A stretch of 64,000 nucleotides of DNA from Amoebidium appalachense (Eukaryota > Protista > Ichthyosporea): NCBI GenBank assembly GCA_963693365.1, contig CAVNZM010000007.1, positions 9,111,962 to 9,175,961 on the forward strand. The letters are read 5' to 3'. The position numbers and the translations under genes are program-made. Of this stretch, positions 42,144 through 63,783 are shown in pieces; positions within the stretch are counted from its first letter, which is position 1; every line of letters begins with the position of its first letter. The notes under the pieces were generated by a model, which was not told where the DNA came from, made no database searches, and saw only the letters and a list, made by a program, of their open reading frames with translations.

Positions 42144-42879
42144 GACACGTGTGTGTGTGTGTTTGTGTGTGCGAGTGTGTACGTGTGTGTGTGCGTGTGC
42201 GTGTGTGCGTGCGTGTGTGCGTGCGTGTGTGTGTGTGCACGTGCATGCGTGTGTGCGTAATTGTATGTGCGTGCGTGTGCGTGTGCCATGGTGCCCGTGT
42301 GTATGAAAAGGGATGTGAATGAGATGTGCGTATTAGTGTGCACACCAAATCACCACGTGCCAGATGTCAGGCTGAGTTTTAGTACCGCGTGGTATTGGTT
42401 TCCATGCTCAGGTTGTGTACACAAGGTGGAGCCACCGTCCCCTAGGACAACTTTGCTTCTGCATGGGCGGTGCTGAGGCAGGATAAATGTGTAGCTGGGG
42501 CCGTGTGTAGGGTTGAGCATGCATAAAGGGCTCGCTGTTATTGCTTAGCCAGGCTCCTGCCTTTCCGCTTGTCACTCTGTTAGCTGTTATTTGTTCAAAA
42601 CATGAACTCGTGCCTCTACTCGTGCCAGCTTGCATTTTCCCAACCACATAATTCTCCCATTCAATTTCTAGTGTCTTGCTGATGCCTCCCCTCCTCTGTC
42701 TGTGCTGCCTCTTTCGTTTTCAGCTTATATGTGGATCCCTTAAATTTGTGAAACGATAATATATATATATCCAAATAGCACACATGTACAGGGGTCACTC
42801 ACTTTAGATATGACAAGTGAATTCAGCCCATCATGTTTTAAATTTCTCAGCCGTAGGGTTCATTGTTCTATTTTAACCT

Positions 42880-42931
<52 letters not shown>

Positions 42932-43085
42932 ACACACACACCACCACCACCACCACCACCACCACCACCACCAACCCTCTTTTCTGTACCCCTTTTCCCT
43001 GTCCTGTGGTTTATTTTTTGGGCTGCTGGAGGTGCTCTTTTTTTTTTCCCTCCCTTTTTTTTTTTTTTTTTTTCTTTCCCTGTGT

Positions 43086-43182
<97 letters not shown>

Positions 43183-43194
43183 GGGTGGGTGGGT

Positions 43195-43225
<31 letters not shown>

Positions 43226-43482
43226 GGGGAGGGGAGGGAGGCCAAGAAACACACACACACACACAGTCACGCCGTGCACCATGACAGGGACACATACGCA
43301 CACACATTGTGATACGCACACACACACACACATGTATATACACCACACACACAAACACACCGGTGCCTAGTAACAATTGCAAACAATCACGAAATCCTGA
43401 ATGCTGTGGGCCACCCTTTTTAACAGCTGCAATCCCCCTTCCCCGGCCGGCCTCCCCCCCTCCTCCTCCGGCGCCAGGACCC

Positions 43483-43545
<63 letters not shown>

Positions 43546-44405
43546 ACCCCACCCCGTCCCGCCCCGCCCCGCCCGCCCGCCCACCCACCCACCCGCCCCG
43601 TCCTTGCCAACCTTCACCTTTCCCCCTCCCTCCCTTCAGCCTTTTCTCTTCCCACCATGATATTTTCCCGTGCGCATCTCCTTCCTGCACGGTGGACTGC
43701 CCAACGCGTTAAAACATTTAAAAGGAGAAGGCCCATCGGCAACGGACGGTGGAATAGACAGTGAAAAAAGTATATTGCAGGTCCTGGTCCAGGAGGTGAT
43801 TGTATTTCAAGGAAATTCTTTTTAACAGTGTTTGAAAATAATTGAGGAGCATTTAAATTCCACCTAGGAGTCGGAAACTAAATTCTCAGTAGCCTAGCTA
43901 GTAATTTAGTAGCCTCAGGGGAGAGAGAGAGGTGAGGGAGGGAGAGGGAGGGAGGAAGGGAGAGGGGGAAGGGGATGGAGAGGAGGAGAGCGAGAGGAAG
44001 GGAGGAGAGTAATATACGGGGAGATAAGAGGGGGAAGAAGGGAGAGCAGCAGGCATGGCACGGAGGGTAAGAATACTCGATTTTTTGTTGGGGGGGAAGG
44101 GAGGGTGGAAGGGATGGGGCGATGATATGGACAGCCTAACTCTTAGGCCTCTCCTCGAGGTACCCCGGGCTCTCATTTTCTGGGTTACTCATTACGAGCA
44201 ACAACAAACACCCCCCCCCCCCCCCCCCCCCCCCCCAAATCCGTTTGGGCATTTGTCACTCACGTCTTTCTCCCGCACGTGTGTCAAAACCTGGTCCAGA
44301 CCTGAGAACCATGCTCCCCCTCCCCCGCCACCCCACCCCACCTCACCTCACCCCCACCCACCCCCACGCCCCCTCCCTCCCCCCGGTGCCATTTTTTCCG
44401 GCCAG

Positions 44406-44670
44406 GATCCCAAGTAGCATTCAGCCCTCCTTCCTTTGTGGTACCGTAGGGCCCGCCACCTCTTCGTTTGTTTACTGGTGGTTGCCCTTACATGCAGCTT
44501 TAGCTCTCCTCTCCGAATCGTTATTGTGTGCTATTATTTGATCCCAAGTAGCATTCAGCCCTCCTTCCTTTGTGGTACCGTAGGGCCCGCCACCTCTTCG
44601 TTTGTTTACTGGTGGTTGCCCTTACATGCAGCTTTAGCTCTCCTCTCCGAATCGTTATTGTGTGCTATTA
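44406..44670. repeat. Near-perfect 134-bp tandem duplication (intergenic)
   Basis: The unit starting GATCCCAAGTAGCATTCAGCCC occurs at 44406 and 44540. Confidence 0.9.
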
Positions 44671-45669
44671 GCCATCCGAGAGACCCTGCCACGGCCGTCT
44701 CGAAATTACTATTTTTATCTTTCTACTTTTATAAAACCCTTGCATTTTGGTAGCATCAATATAGAGGGCCGTGACCCAGCTGTTTTGCCCGGCAAGAAAT
44801 CATCAAGCTTGTATTATGGAGGGCAGGGAAGGGTTATTATCTTGCTGCCAGAGAGGTGATAAGCTTGTGTGTGTTCGGGTAGAGTGTTCGTGTTTGTAAA
44901 ATGTGTGTGTGCAGGCACGTGTGTGTGTGTGTGCACGCGTGCAAGTGTGTGTGTCGTGGTGATGGTGGGTTGGGGGCGGAGGTTGGGGCTGAGGGGAAGG
45001 GGGAAAGGGATATCATCTAATGGAGGATGGATGATTCCATGCACCGTTTTCATGTCAAGACTTTGTAAGCCGGTTACTGGATGTGCAACTACGTGGCGCT
45101 GCTTGTGATGGGGCCTACGCAACAACATGCATATTCCTACTTTTTTTATTGTTTTACTTCATGTTGATTTTCAGTCGTGATGGTGGGCCGCGTCGAGCAT
45201 TCGTAAAAAAAAAGGATAGGTAAGCTTAAGGATGTAATTTAGCAGCGTTGACGAGTGTGTTGTGTATGTGACTGTGCAACATACGCGTGTGTGAGCGGCA
45301 CCATACGTGTGTGTGAGCAGCACGAGCAAGTGTACTCGGCCTGTGTGTGTCTGGGCTCCTGGGTGCAATCCGGGGGAGGGGGGGTAAAAGATGTCACAGT
45401 GCATTGGAGTGGTCAGGATCAATTTTGATTTACTGCACACTGGTAAATCCATAATTTAAAAACCGAAGATATTCCTGCAAACAAATGCCAGGCTTGAAGC
45501 AGAATGTCCCGTAACTAGAAGAAACAAGTTGATTGGTCAGATATCACGTCTATGTCATTTATAAACATCTCTCACCATACATGTGAGATCTAACCCGACT
45601 GACCTAGGCTCATTATATAAAAAATGGCAGTTAGATACCAGTTACTATTCAAGTAAGGGTCTAGTTAAT

Positions 45670-47450
45670 TTACTTGTTGCTTGCAGGCACGTAGTTGGTG
45701 AGCTGTTCCATGCGCTTGCCATCGGAGAATTCCTTAATGTTGCCGAGCGTCACCCGTGCAATGGCATCGAGGGCATCGATTGTCAAGAAGGCCTGGGGGG
45801 AAGAGGGAGGTTAGGTCCGTGCCAACAAGACAGACACACGCTTGTGTGTGTGTGATGGGGAAGAAGGGATGATTGGGGGGGGGGGGGCAGTGGGAGCTGC
45901 CGTAACGAGACACAGCCAAGACATGAGAGACGGAGGGAGCGGGAGGATGACGGGTGGGTTGGTGGTGGTGGTGGTGTGTGTGTATGTTTTGTGGTGGTGG
46001 TGCTGTTTTTTTTTTGTTTTTTTTTGTTTTTTATTTTTTTTTTGGGGGGGGGGGGGGGGGGGAGGGGGGGGGGGGGGGCAGTATTACCTGGTGGGAGGTG
46101 ATGACGACATTGTTGAGTGACTGCAGGCGGGCCAGGCGGTCGTCCTGGATGACCTTGTTGCTGAGATCCTCGAAGAAGTAGCCGGCCTCACCTTCGTACA
46201 CGTCCAGACCGGCACCGGCAATCTGGCCGCTCTTGAGCCCCTCAAGAAGGGCATCGGTGTCGATGAGGCCACCACGGGATGTGTTGATGATCACAACACC
46301 CTTCTTCATCTGCACGTGTGAAGGGATCAGCAAACTAGTCTGCATATGTAAGATAACACCCACTTCCTACGGACAAACTTATGCTATATTTACATTAACC
46401 CCTCCCCCCCCCCCCCCCCCCCCCCCCAAAACACACACACACACTCAGACAGAAAGCTCCCTACCAAATTCCCTCGCTCCCTTCCTCCCCTCTCCAATCT
46501 TGCAGAAAGCTCCCTATCACATCTCGTCATCCAAACCATCCCCCTTTCTCTCTATCGAAGGGTCCCTACTGAAGGGACCCTGTCCATTAAGAACCGCCCC
46601 CTCCCCCCCCCCCAAACACCGCCCCTAAAAACCGTCCTAAGCCCACACCACAGCAGGCAGGACTCGTACCTTTGCAATTGTTTCCTTGTTGATCATGTGG
46701 TGGGTGGTGGGCAGCAGAGGGCTATGCAGGGAGATGATGTCTGAGCAGGCCAGGACCTCGTCCAGGGTCATGTACTTGACGTTCTCCTTGGCCGCATAGG
46801 CCGCATTCGGGTAGATGTCAAACGCCGCAATCTTGCAGCCGTACCCGAGCATAATGTCGATCAGGCACTGCCCGATCTTGCCGGTGCCGATCACACCACA
46901 GGTCTTACCGTGAAGGTCGAAGCCCACAAGGCCGGATAGCGAGAAATCGCCATCGCGCACGCGGTTGTATGCCTTGTGTGTCTTGCGGTTAAGCGTAAGG
47001 AGAAGGGCAGATGCGTGCTCAGCAACGGCATAGGGGGAGTAGGCGGGCACACGGGCCACACTGATGCCGAAAGCATCGGCAAGGTTAAGGTCGACGTTGT
47101 TGAAACCAGCGCAGCGCAGGGCAATCATCTTGACCCCCAAACGGGCCAACCCCTTGATGACAACGTCCGGCAGCTCATCGTTAACGAACACACACACCAC
47201 ATCGTAGCCCAGGGCAAGGTCCACGGTGTCCGGGCGCAGGCGGGCCTCGAAGTATTTGATCTCAAACCCATATTTGGCATTCTCGGCATCGAACGTATCC
47301 CTGTCGTACTGAAGGAGGAAATTGTTGTCAGGTTCTCTTTTTCAGGCGGTTATGTGTCTACTCCTTCCCACTCTTTTCCTAAGAAAAAATAGGGAGGAAA
47401 AAAGGGGGAGGGAAAGGGGAGGAGCACACGTGCCCTGCCCACACATGTTT

Positions 47451-47481
<31 letters not shown>

Positions 47482-48973
47482 GGGGGGGATGGGTCCGTAA
47501 CTGCGAGGGAGGTGTCAGGAGAGAGGGGGGAAGGGGGGTGGAGAATGGAACCAGGGTAACCGAAAAAACAGTCTGTACCTTTGTATATGGTGTTTCTGTT
47601 GGAGATGAGAGGGCACGTGGGGGGAGGGGAAGGGGTGGGTGGGTGGGAGGTGGGGGAAGACAGGCAGACGAAGAGAGAGAGAGAGAATAGAGCAGCATAA
47701 GTATACAACATCTTCAGTATGGGACAGCCCGGCAGCATGTTCGTTTTTTTTGTTTTTTTTTTGGGGGGGGGGGGGGAAAGGGGGGGGGGGGGGGGGGGGG
47801 GGACGGTCTGGAAGCAAGGAAACAGGGAGCACGGGGCAACAGAGATGTGTGGAGGATGGAAGAACGGTGGATCACATGCAGGGAGACGGAAAAAATGCAA
47901 GCAGGGTGCTTTTTTTTTTTTTTTTTTCTTGAGGGGGGGGGGGGGGGGGAAGGGGGTTGAACGTGTTGCTACACACAGTACGATAATTACTAATGTCGGA
48001 TAACACAGTGCAACGCAACCTGAGCCAGATACGGCTTCACTTGAACATGAGTGTATTATATTTTATCCCAAGAGGGAGGGAGGGGGAGGGGGAGAGGGGG
48101 CGGGGAATATAAGCTTCACAGAGAAAGAGAGAGCGACAAATAGACCGTGCCCACCTGCTTGGCATCAAAAACGGCAATCTTCAGAGTCTTGTTGGCTTGG
48201 TCAACAATAGAGCCGCGGCGTGCGCGGGTAGATTTAGCAGAGCGCTCCCTGCGGATGATCTGCTGCATGTGTGCCAGCATCGAGTTGGCCAGTTCGGGGT
48301 GTGTGGCCAAGAGGGCCTGGAAGTCGTCATACGTGAGTGAGAAAACAACAGCGTCGGTCTTGGCAACAACCGAGGCGGAGTGTGTGCCTCGGCAGAACAA
48401 GGATCCCATGCCCGAGAAGTCACCGGGGTAAAGGGTATCCACTGAGATGTCCTGACCCTTGCTGTTGGTCACCATCACATCCATGTCACCTTGTGAGATA
48501 ATGCTCATAGAGTGTGTCTCGGTGCCCTGCTTCAAAAGCACCTCACCGGCTTTCAGCTTCTTCTCCACCATCTTGTCGGCGATTTGTGCCTGAAGAGCAA
48601 GGAATTTCTTAGTAATTTGCAAATGTTTTCAGACTCACGGCCACAGGCGCTTCGCATAAACTAGTTAGCAGGGATCTCAGATCTATGCAGCATGCAGGTC
48701 CATATCTGTTTCAACGCCTAAACAGTGCGCTATTGTGGAGTACAATAATAAGCGGGGACTTCAACCTCTAAACGAAGGTGAGGCATATTGGCAGTTTTCA
48801 ACCTGTAAAGCACTTCACAGTTGCAAAGGTTTCTTGAGCATTAGGAACACAGGCCAGTAACAACTACCACACTTCTCATCTCCCTACATCATGAAAAGGT
48901 TATGCACCTGGAGCTCCGGGGAGAGCGTGCCAAAGGCACTGTTGCGGATAGCGTCGGCTTTGCTGACGGACAT
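45670..48973 (-). CDS. D-lactate dehydrogenase (LdhA-like D-2-hydroxyacid dehydrogenase) with N-terminal cyclic-nucleotide-binding-like domain, 5 exons
   Basis: Exons 48973-48908, 48589-48155, 47308-46670, 46309-46088 and 45792-45670. LdhA motifs: [64 protein letters not shown] and TSHQAFLT. The N-domain has [23 protein letters not shown] and SASVVAKTD. Confidence 0.92.
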
Positions 48974-49339
48974 TCTGGAGATTGGAAAAGCAAACGCTAA
49001 GCGTATAAAACTTTTACAACTTATGTGTCTGGTGCTTCGAAGGCACACGAAAACTGACACATCTGAGCTTGACGGCGGGCTTTTATAGCCTTCCCAATTT
49101 CAAAATAGTTTTCGCCAAAATAAGTAAAAAATATTATGCCATTTGACATGAATGATACAGATCCAATCAGAGTAACACTTTTGTCTGGGAAAACTTTGTA
49201 ATGCAAGACTACTTAATGTATGTCAAACAAAAAGGGCAAACCTAGAAATTTCCCGGTTAAAATAGACTAAAATAAAACAATGAAAACTATTATTGCAGAA
49301 ATATAACAACTTCCTGTAACATTTAGCAAGGTGCCTCTC

Positions 49340-49470
49340 ACCCAATAGCGATAAGGCACCAGAATTTACCTTATCTGGCAATATCTACATCGTGGTTATC
49401 ACCACCTGCCAGAGACCCAAGTATGTGTCCAATCAGCGTTAGCTTCAAGGCGATGAAATTAGCCAATGGG
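49340..49470. promoter_or_regulatory. CCAAT-box cluster in the divergent intergenic region between the D-LDH and HAD genes
   Basis: CCAAT at ~49343, ~49429 and ~49463, followed by GC-rich GGCGGCGCCGCG. Motif match only. Confidence 0.3.
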
Positions 49471-50430
49471 ATCGCTCTGAGGACCTTACCCCACCAGGCG
49501 GCGCCGCGCAGGCCGAAAGCCTGATATTCCAAAGTACACATATACAAGCCCTATGGAAAAAACCAAAAACCAATAACCAAAAAAAAAAAAAAAAAAAGGG
49601 GGGGGGGGAGGAAAAAACAAACCCTACTCCATAGCTATTGTAAGTACGAGTTTGCCTGCAAAAACCGGTTACCCAACCTCCGTCTGAGTGTACGGTCGAC
49701 AAGATATCGAGCCAGGCAAATGCCATCATCACCGTAAACTTTATTTGGCCGGCGCGTGCACCGTGCATGCATGTACAAGTAAATGTACACATGGCACAGG
49801 CTGTGTGCAAGCAGGTCCAAAACCTTTAGCATACACGGAGAGACCTAACAGTTAGTTTTAAGACCTTTCTGCCATTTTGGCGGTTAGAAACTGTGATTTG
49901 GGGACCTGGGGTTGCTAAGCAGGCGCTAAAGAAGACGTGTACACTCGTGGGCCTCAGTAAGCAAGGTGTCGTGAGAGGTAAGAGATTGTGACTGATCCGA
50001 TAACACAAAGTAGATATATGAAGCGTACTTTGTGGACGGGGAAGTCGAAGGAGCGAGTTATTGGTTTGAAAGGGACATTACGTGCACCGAGAGCAAGTTG
50101 CAAAAGAACAACGGATAAGATCTGTAAACGAGGTAGATAGATCTGGTGGGCCGTGTGTTGAAATAGCACTCCTTGTGCTTAAGTTGTTGCTTGGACGTAC
50201 CCTTTACTGGCACCGGAAGTGTGTAGGTGCAAAGGGGGGAGGGGGGGGGGGGGGGGTTGGAGGGGGTTTGGGAGAGGGGGCGGAAGGGGCTGAGGGAGAG
50301 GGTGAAAGGTGCTGAGAGAGGGGGTGCGAGGGAAGAGAGAGAGAGAGGGAGGGAGGGAGGGAGTGAGTGAGGGAGGGAGGGAGTGAGGGAGAGAGAGAGC
50401 CTCGGAGAGAGAGGGAGGGAGTGAGGGAGG

Positions 50431-50517
<87 letters not shown>

Positions 50518-50692
50518 TGAGAGAGAGAGGAGGGGGAAGAGAGGGAGGGAGGGGAGAGATGGGGAGAGGGTAAGGGGAGGGGGAAAAGAGAAGCGAGGGC
50601 GACTTTTTTTTACAGGTGAAAGGAGAGAAGAAAAGATAGAAGAAAAAATCAGAGACACAGAAGAAGGTTGGGGGAGGGGGTAAATGAGGGAG

Positions 50693-50725
<33 letters not shown>

Positions 50726-51365
50726 ATTAAGAGAGAAAGAGTGGGAGAGGGAGGGAGGGAGGGAAGAGAGTGAGAGAGACCGAAAAGAGAGAGAAGGAGA
50801 GGGAGGGAGGGAGGCAGAGGGAGAGAGGTCGGGATGACGAGAGGGAGAGGGAAAAATAGAGGAGAGAACACTTTTTTACGTGGGGGAGAGAGATAGAGAT
50901 AGAAACAGAGACAGAGACACAGAGACAGAAAGAGACGAAAAAAGGTGAGACACAGAGGGGCAGGAGAGGGGTGGGGGGGGGGGAGGGGGGGGGGAGGGAG
51001 AGTGAGGGATCAGGAGGAGGGGGGAAGGGGGGACTGGGGGATGAAAGAGCGAGAGTGCTGAGAAAATAATAGTATGGAGGAGAGAGGCAGATTCGGGGAG
51101 ACAGGAGGAGAGTGACGCTAGGTGGGAGAACGAGAGAAATTTATGTGCCGTGCAAGTTTGGTTCGTGAAGGTGGGAGGTGCTTTTGGGCTGGAGGAGTTT
51201 AAGTGGAAAGTGCGGGTTGGGGAGAACTGTGTGTATGTGTGGTTGGGCGGGTGGGCGGGTGGGGTGGGTGGGTGGGTGGGTGGGTGGTGGGTGGGTGGGT
51301 GTGGGTGTGGGTGCAGGTGTGGGTGGGTGTGTGGGTGGGTGGGTATGGTTGTGCGTGTTGTGTGT

Positions 51366-51396
<31 letters not shown>

Positions 51397-51676
51397 TTGT
51401 GTGTTTTTTGGTGTGTTGTCTTTTTTTGTTTTTTTGTTTTTTTTGTGGGGGGGGGGGGGGGGGGGGGGGGGGGCATGGGGAGAGCAGGAGGGGCTTATCT
51501 AATCTTTGTGCCTCGGCTGGTCGATTACTGAGGATCACGTAAGATAGATGCTTATGTATGATATGGGGGTATTAGGGATGTTATCAGGTAGAGTTTCACA
51601 ACTGTACCTCGTGTGTGCTTGTCGATGGGCAATCGGTGTGTTTGTTTTCGTGTGTTTTATCGCGTGCGCTGGGGGA

Positions 51677-51719
<43 letters not shown>

Positions 51720-52586
51720 CATAGTTTGACTCTTTGGTGATCTCACGTTCCTTATTACCCCCTTCTCCGGTACCTCCACATAGTAGTAATGTGTGCTTTT
51801 TGTAACAGTGTGCTTTTGTGTGGTGTCTCGACATATGTTTGCACGCAACGTGTGTGTGTGTGTATGGACGGAGGGTTCCCCACCATTTTCCTTAAAGGGG
51901 AGATGGAAGGGGAGGGAGAGGGGGGGGGGGGGGGGGGGGGGTTACGAAGTCGTTTTAGGGATAGGATATTATCTAAAGGGGGGATGGGGGGGGGGGGGGG
52001 GGTAGAGTTTAACGGAAAGGAAGTCGGGGAGAAGGAAGCCATATGAGGCTTGTCAAAAGAATAAAAAGTTAGAAAGATGAAAGGGTTAGTCAAACCAGAG
52101 TAAGAGTCAAAATGTATGTCTCTTGATTCTCTTGATATGCTGCGAAATGCGCTTTTTGAGCGTGACCATGAATGGTGAAACTGTAGCAAAGGGAAGTCTA
52201 TGAATCAGCCGGAAAAGGAACGACCAAAAGGGCATTTTGCCGAGAGAGACACATACAGGAAAGACCAAAAATAGCGTGTATGATAAGCAGTTACGAAGAT
52301 GAAGAAGGGAATGAGTGCTTGAGGGCTTTTGCCTGTCTGTGTGTGCGTGTCCCCCCGGCAAGGTGGGAAGGGGGGGGGAGGGGGGGGTTAGAAGGATGGG
52401 GAAAGAGGAAGGGGAGGGAGGGGGGGGGGGGGGGGACGAAGGGTTGGCATTTTAAACTTAAGAAAGTTTTCTGATCCGTGATGTTTATACAGTCGGTACG
52501 ATTGTATTGTACACAAAGCCATAATAAATTCTTACTACAGATAATAATTTTTGTTTTCGGTAGAAAATGATTATTATTTTCCCCAG

Positions 52587-60226
<7,640 letters not shown>

Positions 60227-60544
60227 CGTACGCCGTTGAGTTAATTCGTAAGCATCCCTTTCAACTGTGGTGTGATTGCGCCATAAGCGGTAAATACCAA
60301 TAGATGCGTAGCCAATGCGAGCCGGGCGCTCCATACATGGATTGAGGTATTCAATGAGTGCGCCTACGTGTCCTGGAGGCACGATCCTGCGCTCTGTGCT
60401 GTGCAGAGAGCCGATAGTAAAGGGTTAGGGAAACGAGTGAGTTCCCTCACGTATGATGACTCTAGATGCCATTATGCTGACTAACGCTTCCCCCCCCCCC
60501 CCCCCCCCCCCCCCCCCTTTTTTTCCCTCCTTTTTTTTTCTTAG

Positions 60545-62030
60545 TTCCCCCACATAGTGGAATGGGCTAACGTACGAGACCAACTCTCCCTACGGCAACC
60601 AGGCTCTGTACAGGTATCGTGGGTGAAGGGGCACCAATCCAACACCAAACGGTACGGTCAACGGAATAACGAGGCAGACAAGGCAGCCAATGCAGGAAGA
60701 ACCCTCCCCCTCCCCCCCCCCCCTACCTCCGGCCCCGGGGGGGGGGAAATACTTCCTACGACTACAAGGCCACCGTATCCCCGGCAAAATTCCCGGTACA
60801 CTGAACCGGTTGAACAAGGACTTCCTCACCGACATGGCCGGCAAGACCAAGGCTATGTCCATACTAGCCGACCCCAGACTGTTCCCAGCCGAACGGAACC
60901 CCCTCAAGCTCAACAAGGGGCCCGCACAGGAAACCATCGGGGCCGCCAGAGGCAACATTCGTGGCCTGTCCCTGGCTATGGGCACCATGCCTACCATGAC
61001 ACGGCTACACCGAGATCACCCCACCGTCGTTACACAGCCCACATGCCCCCGGTGCAGCCAGCACCCTGAGACCACCACCCACCTCTGGGCCTGCCCGGCC
61101 CATGCCGGGGAGGTCCCCACCCTGACCACGGCCATCACAGCCTGCATCCACAACGTCCTGCACACTCGTCATCCAAACACCCCCACGGCACAGCACCACC
61201 ATACGGCAGTCACGGTGGTAGACCAATGTGCATGGATAAACGGGATAGGAGGCAACGGTGACCCACCAGGCCCCAAAGACATCAAGTAGGTCGAACGGGG
61301 ATTCTGCCCACGATCGGTGGGCCCACTACTTGCAGCCACCGGCACCACCAAGACCACCACCCGGGCCATCTTAGGAAAAATCACAGTAGAGTTGCAGTCC
61401 TTTTTCTTTTCAAAAATTTGGCACCCACGGAACACAGCACTCCCCCCCACCCACCCCAAAATGCAAAAACACCACCATATACCCACCACCCGTAGAAAGA
61501 AAAGTATGGCTCCCCAAAAACCCAAGACACCCACAAATACACCCCCCACACACACCCGGCCAGCCTGTTCTGACTGCCGGAACACACACAGACCCAGTGT
61601 GCCCTGTAAAACCCACTTCTTAGTTCACAAAAACATTGCCACAACATACGTACAACAACATATAATGTTAGGCAGCAACCCCCCCCCACCACCACCACCA
61701 CACCCCATCATCCACCCATACCCACCGTAAATACTATACACAACACTTAGGACTTCCCAATACTGTAGATCGACCAATGAGAGCCCTCGGTTAACGTTTA
61801 TTGCTAGGTTTTGAATGGAGGGGAGGACTGGAGCCTCCTGCCGGCGTGGCTGGGGTAGTATCCCTGGGCAAAGTGTGTACTTATAGTTAGGTTGTGAAGG
61901 ATGGTTTAGCTTAGCTGAACTCATAGATAGCACCTTGACTAGTGTACTGTCGGTGCTGTGTGGTAGACGGTAGTTTCCCTAGAGGGCCTGAAAAGGCCCT
62001 CCGGGAATAAAACGTGATAATAATAATAAT
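60545..62030 (+). mobile_element. 5'-truncated, decayed non-LTR retrotransposon with RNase H C-terminus and zinc knuckle, (TAA)n tail
   Basis: WVKGH..GQRNNEADKAA (RNase H) and CPRC...ETTTHLWAC (CCHC knuckle). Frameshift in a poly-C tract and an in-frame stop at ~61289. The 3' UTR ends with AATAAA followed by (TAA)n at ~62007-62030. Confidence 0.82.
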
Positions 62031-62649
62031 AAAAAATAATATATAAAACAATGCAAGTGGTTGATATGAGACATGTTATCCCCCCGCCCCCCCAACCGCC
62101 AACCCCACCACTCCCCTCCCCTCCCCACCCCTCCCTTCCCCCCCACCGGTACCCACCAGCCCCCACCCTCCCCTCCCCCTCTCCCTCCCTCCCCACTTCC
62201 CCAGTGGATCCCCCTCTACCCCCCCCTCCCCCCCTCGAAGGACCATTGCGCAGCCAGGCCGGGGGGGAGAGGGGGACGGGGGGGGGGGGGGGGAGGAGGG
62301 GGGGGGGGGGGGACTAAGTCTTGTTAAATGTGCGGGAACCATTAGTAACTATGCTGGATATGTGAAGTGCAGGATAGAGCCTCAGGGCATAGAAGGTGCA
62401 GAAAGGTTAAACACCAATGACTTCGATAGGTTCATATGTCAGCCCCTAAAGGTGTAGGGGGTTGGTCGGTGCAAAGAGGATCTGTAGGCCCTCCTCCCCT
62501 CCCCCCCTCCCCCCCCCCTTCCCCCGTCTCCACGGCTGTCGCCTCCCCCCATCTCCCACCCCCCTTCCCCACTAAACCTCCTCCCGTTCGTAAACGCTCA
62601 TATATCACAAAACTTTTTTTTTTCCTTTTTTTTTTTTCCTTTTTTTTTT

Positions 62650-62680
<31 letters not shown>

Positions 62681-63746
62681 GGAGGGGGGGGGGGGGAGGT
62701 TGGAGGGCGCCGGGGGGCGAGAAGAAATCTTAATGAACAAACACAAAACATTTCGGCATCACAACTGATTGTATTGCCACAGCACACTGTATCACACATT
62801 ATTGGAACAACCGTATCCCATTCTTCATCGTGCCGGCCCTGCCCCCCCCATCCCCCCCCCCCGGGGCCCTTCACCCTCGGGCCCTCCTCCCCGCCCCCCT
62901 CCCTCCCCCTCCCCCCAACCCAACCCAACCCAACCCACCCATCCACCCGCCGACCCACCCACCCACCCCCCCTTGCTCCCCCCAAGGGGCTGCGACCTCC
63001 AGAACCACACCATCACTTCAGCCCGAGGAGCGTTACCCAAAAGTGCAAAACGATTAATGAAATTCTTGGGATGATTTGTTCAAATCGGATCCGGATTGTG
63101 ACCGTAAGGAATCCCCATACGCATACTGGATCCTCCACCTCTCCTCCTCCATTCCATAACACACACACACACACACACACACATACCAAAAAAAAAAAAA
63201 AAAAAAAAAGTGTGAATGAATGGGGGAGGGGGGGGAGGGGGGTTGCCACCAGGGGGAGGTTGGAAGGGAGGAGTGACGGGGGCTGCGGGAGTGAATCACT
63301 GTATATTGGGAGATAACTTTTGTAATTTCGGCAGTAATGAAGGTGACTGAGTCTCATGCACTGCACTTGGCGATACTCCATTTCCACGAATCGGTATCGG
63401 ACGTTAGAAAACGCACTTCCGAATAACCCTCCGTACTGTTAACGTACCACCACTCAGGCCCATTAGGAAAAGATCATGTGCAATGCCACGGCACGGGTTG
63501 TCTTTTGCACAAATCCGTGTAGATAATGAGCCCATCGAGCCTCAAGGCCAACCCCCCTCCCCACTCCTTCCCCCCTCCCCCCCCCCCCCCCCCCCCCCCC
63601 CCCTCCCCACCCCCCCATCCCCTTCCCCCTCCCTTCCCCACTCCCCCTCCTCATTTCCCACCTTTTTTGTTGCCATGCAGGATATTCGATTCTGTCCTCC
63701 CGCCCCCCTCCCCCACCCCCCACTTGGGTGTGTCATGGGGAGGGGG

Positions 63747-63783
<37 letters not shown>

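Noticed and set aside
41684-42720. Possible - strand gene fragments between the glycosyltransferase and D-LDH genes
   Set aside because: Short ORFs with no recognisable motif, stops in all frames, and no phase-consistent splicing found.
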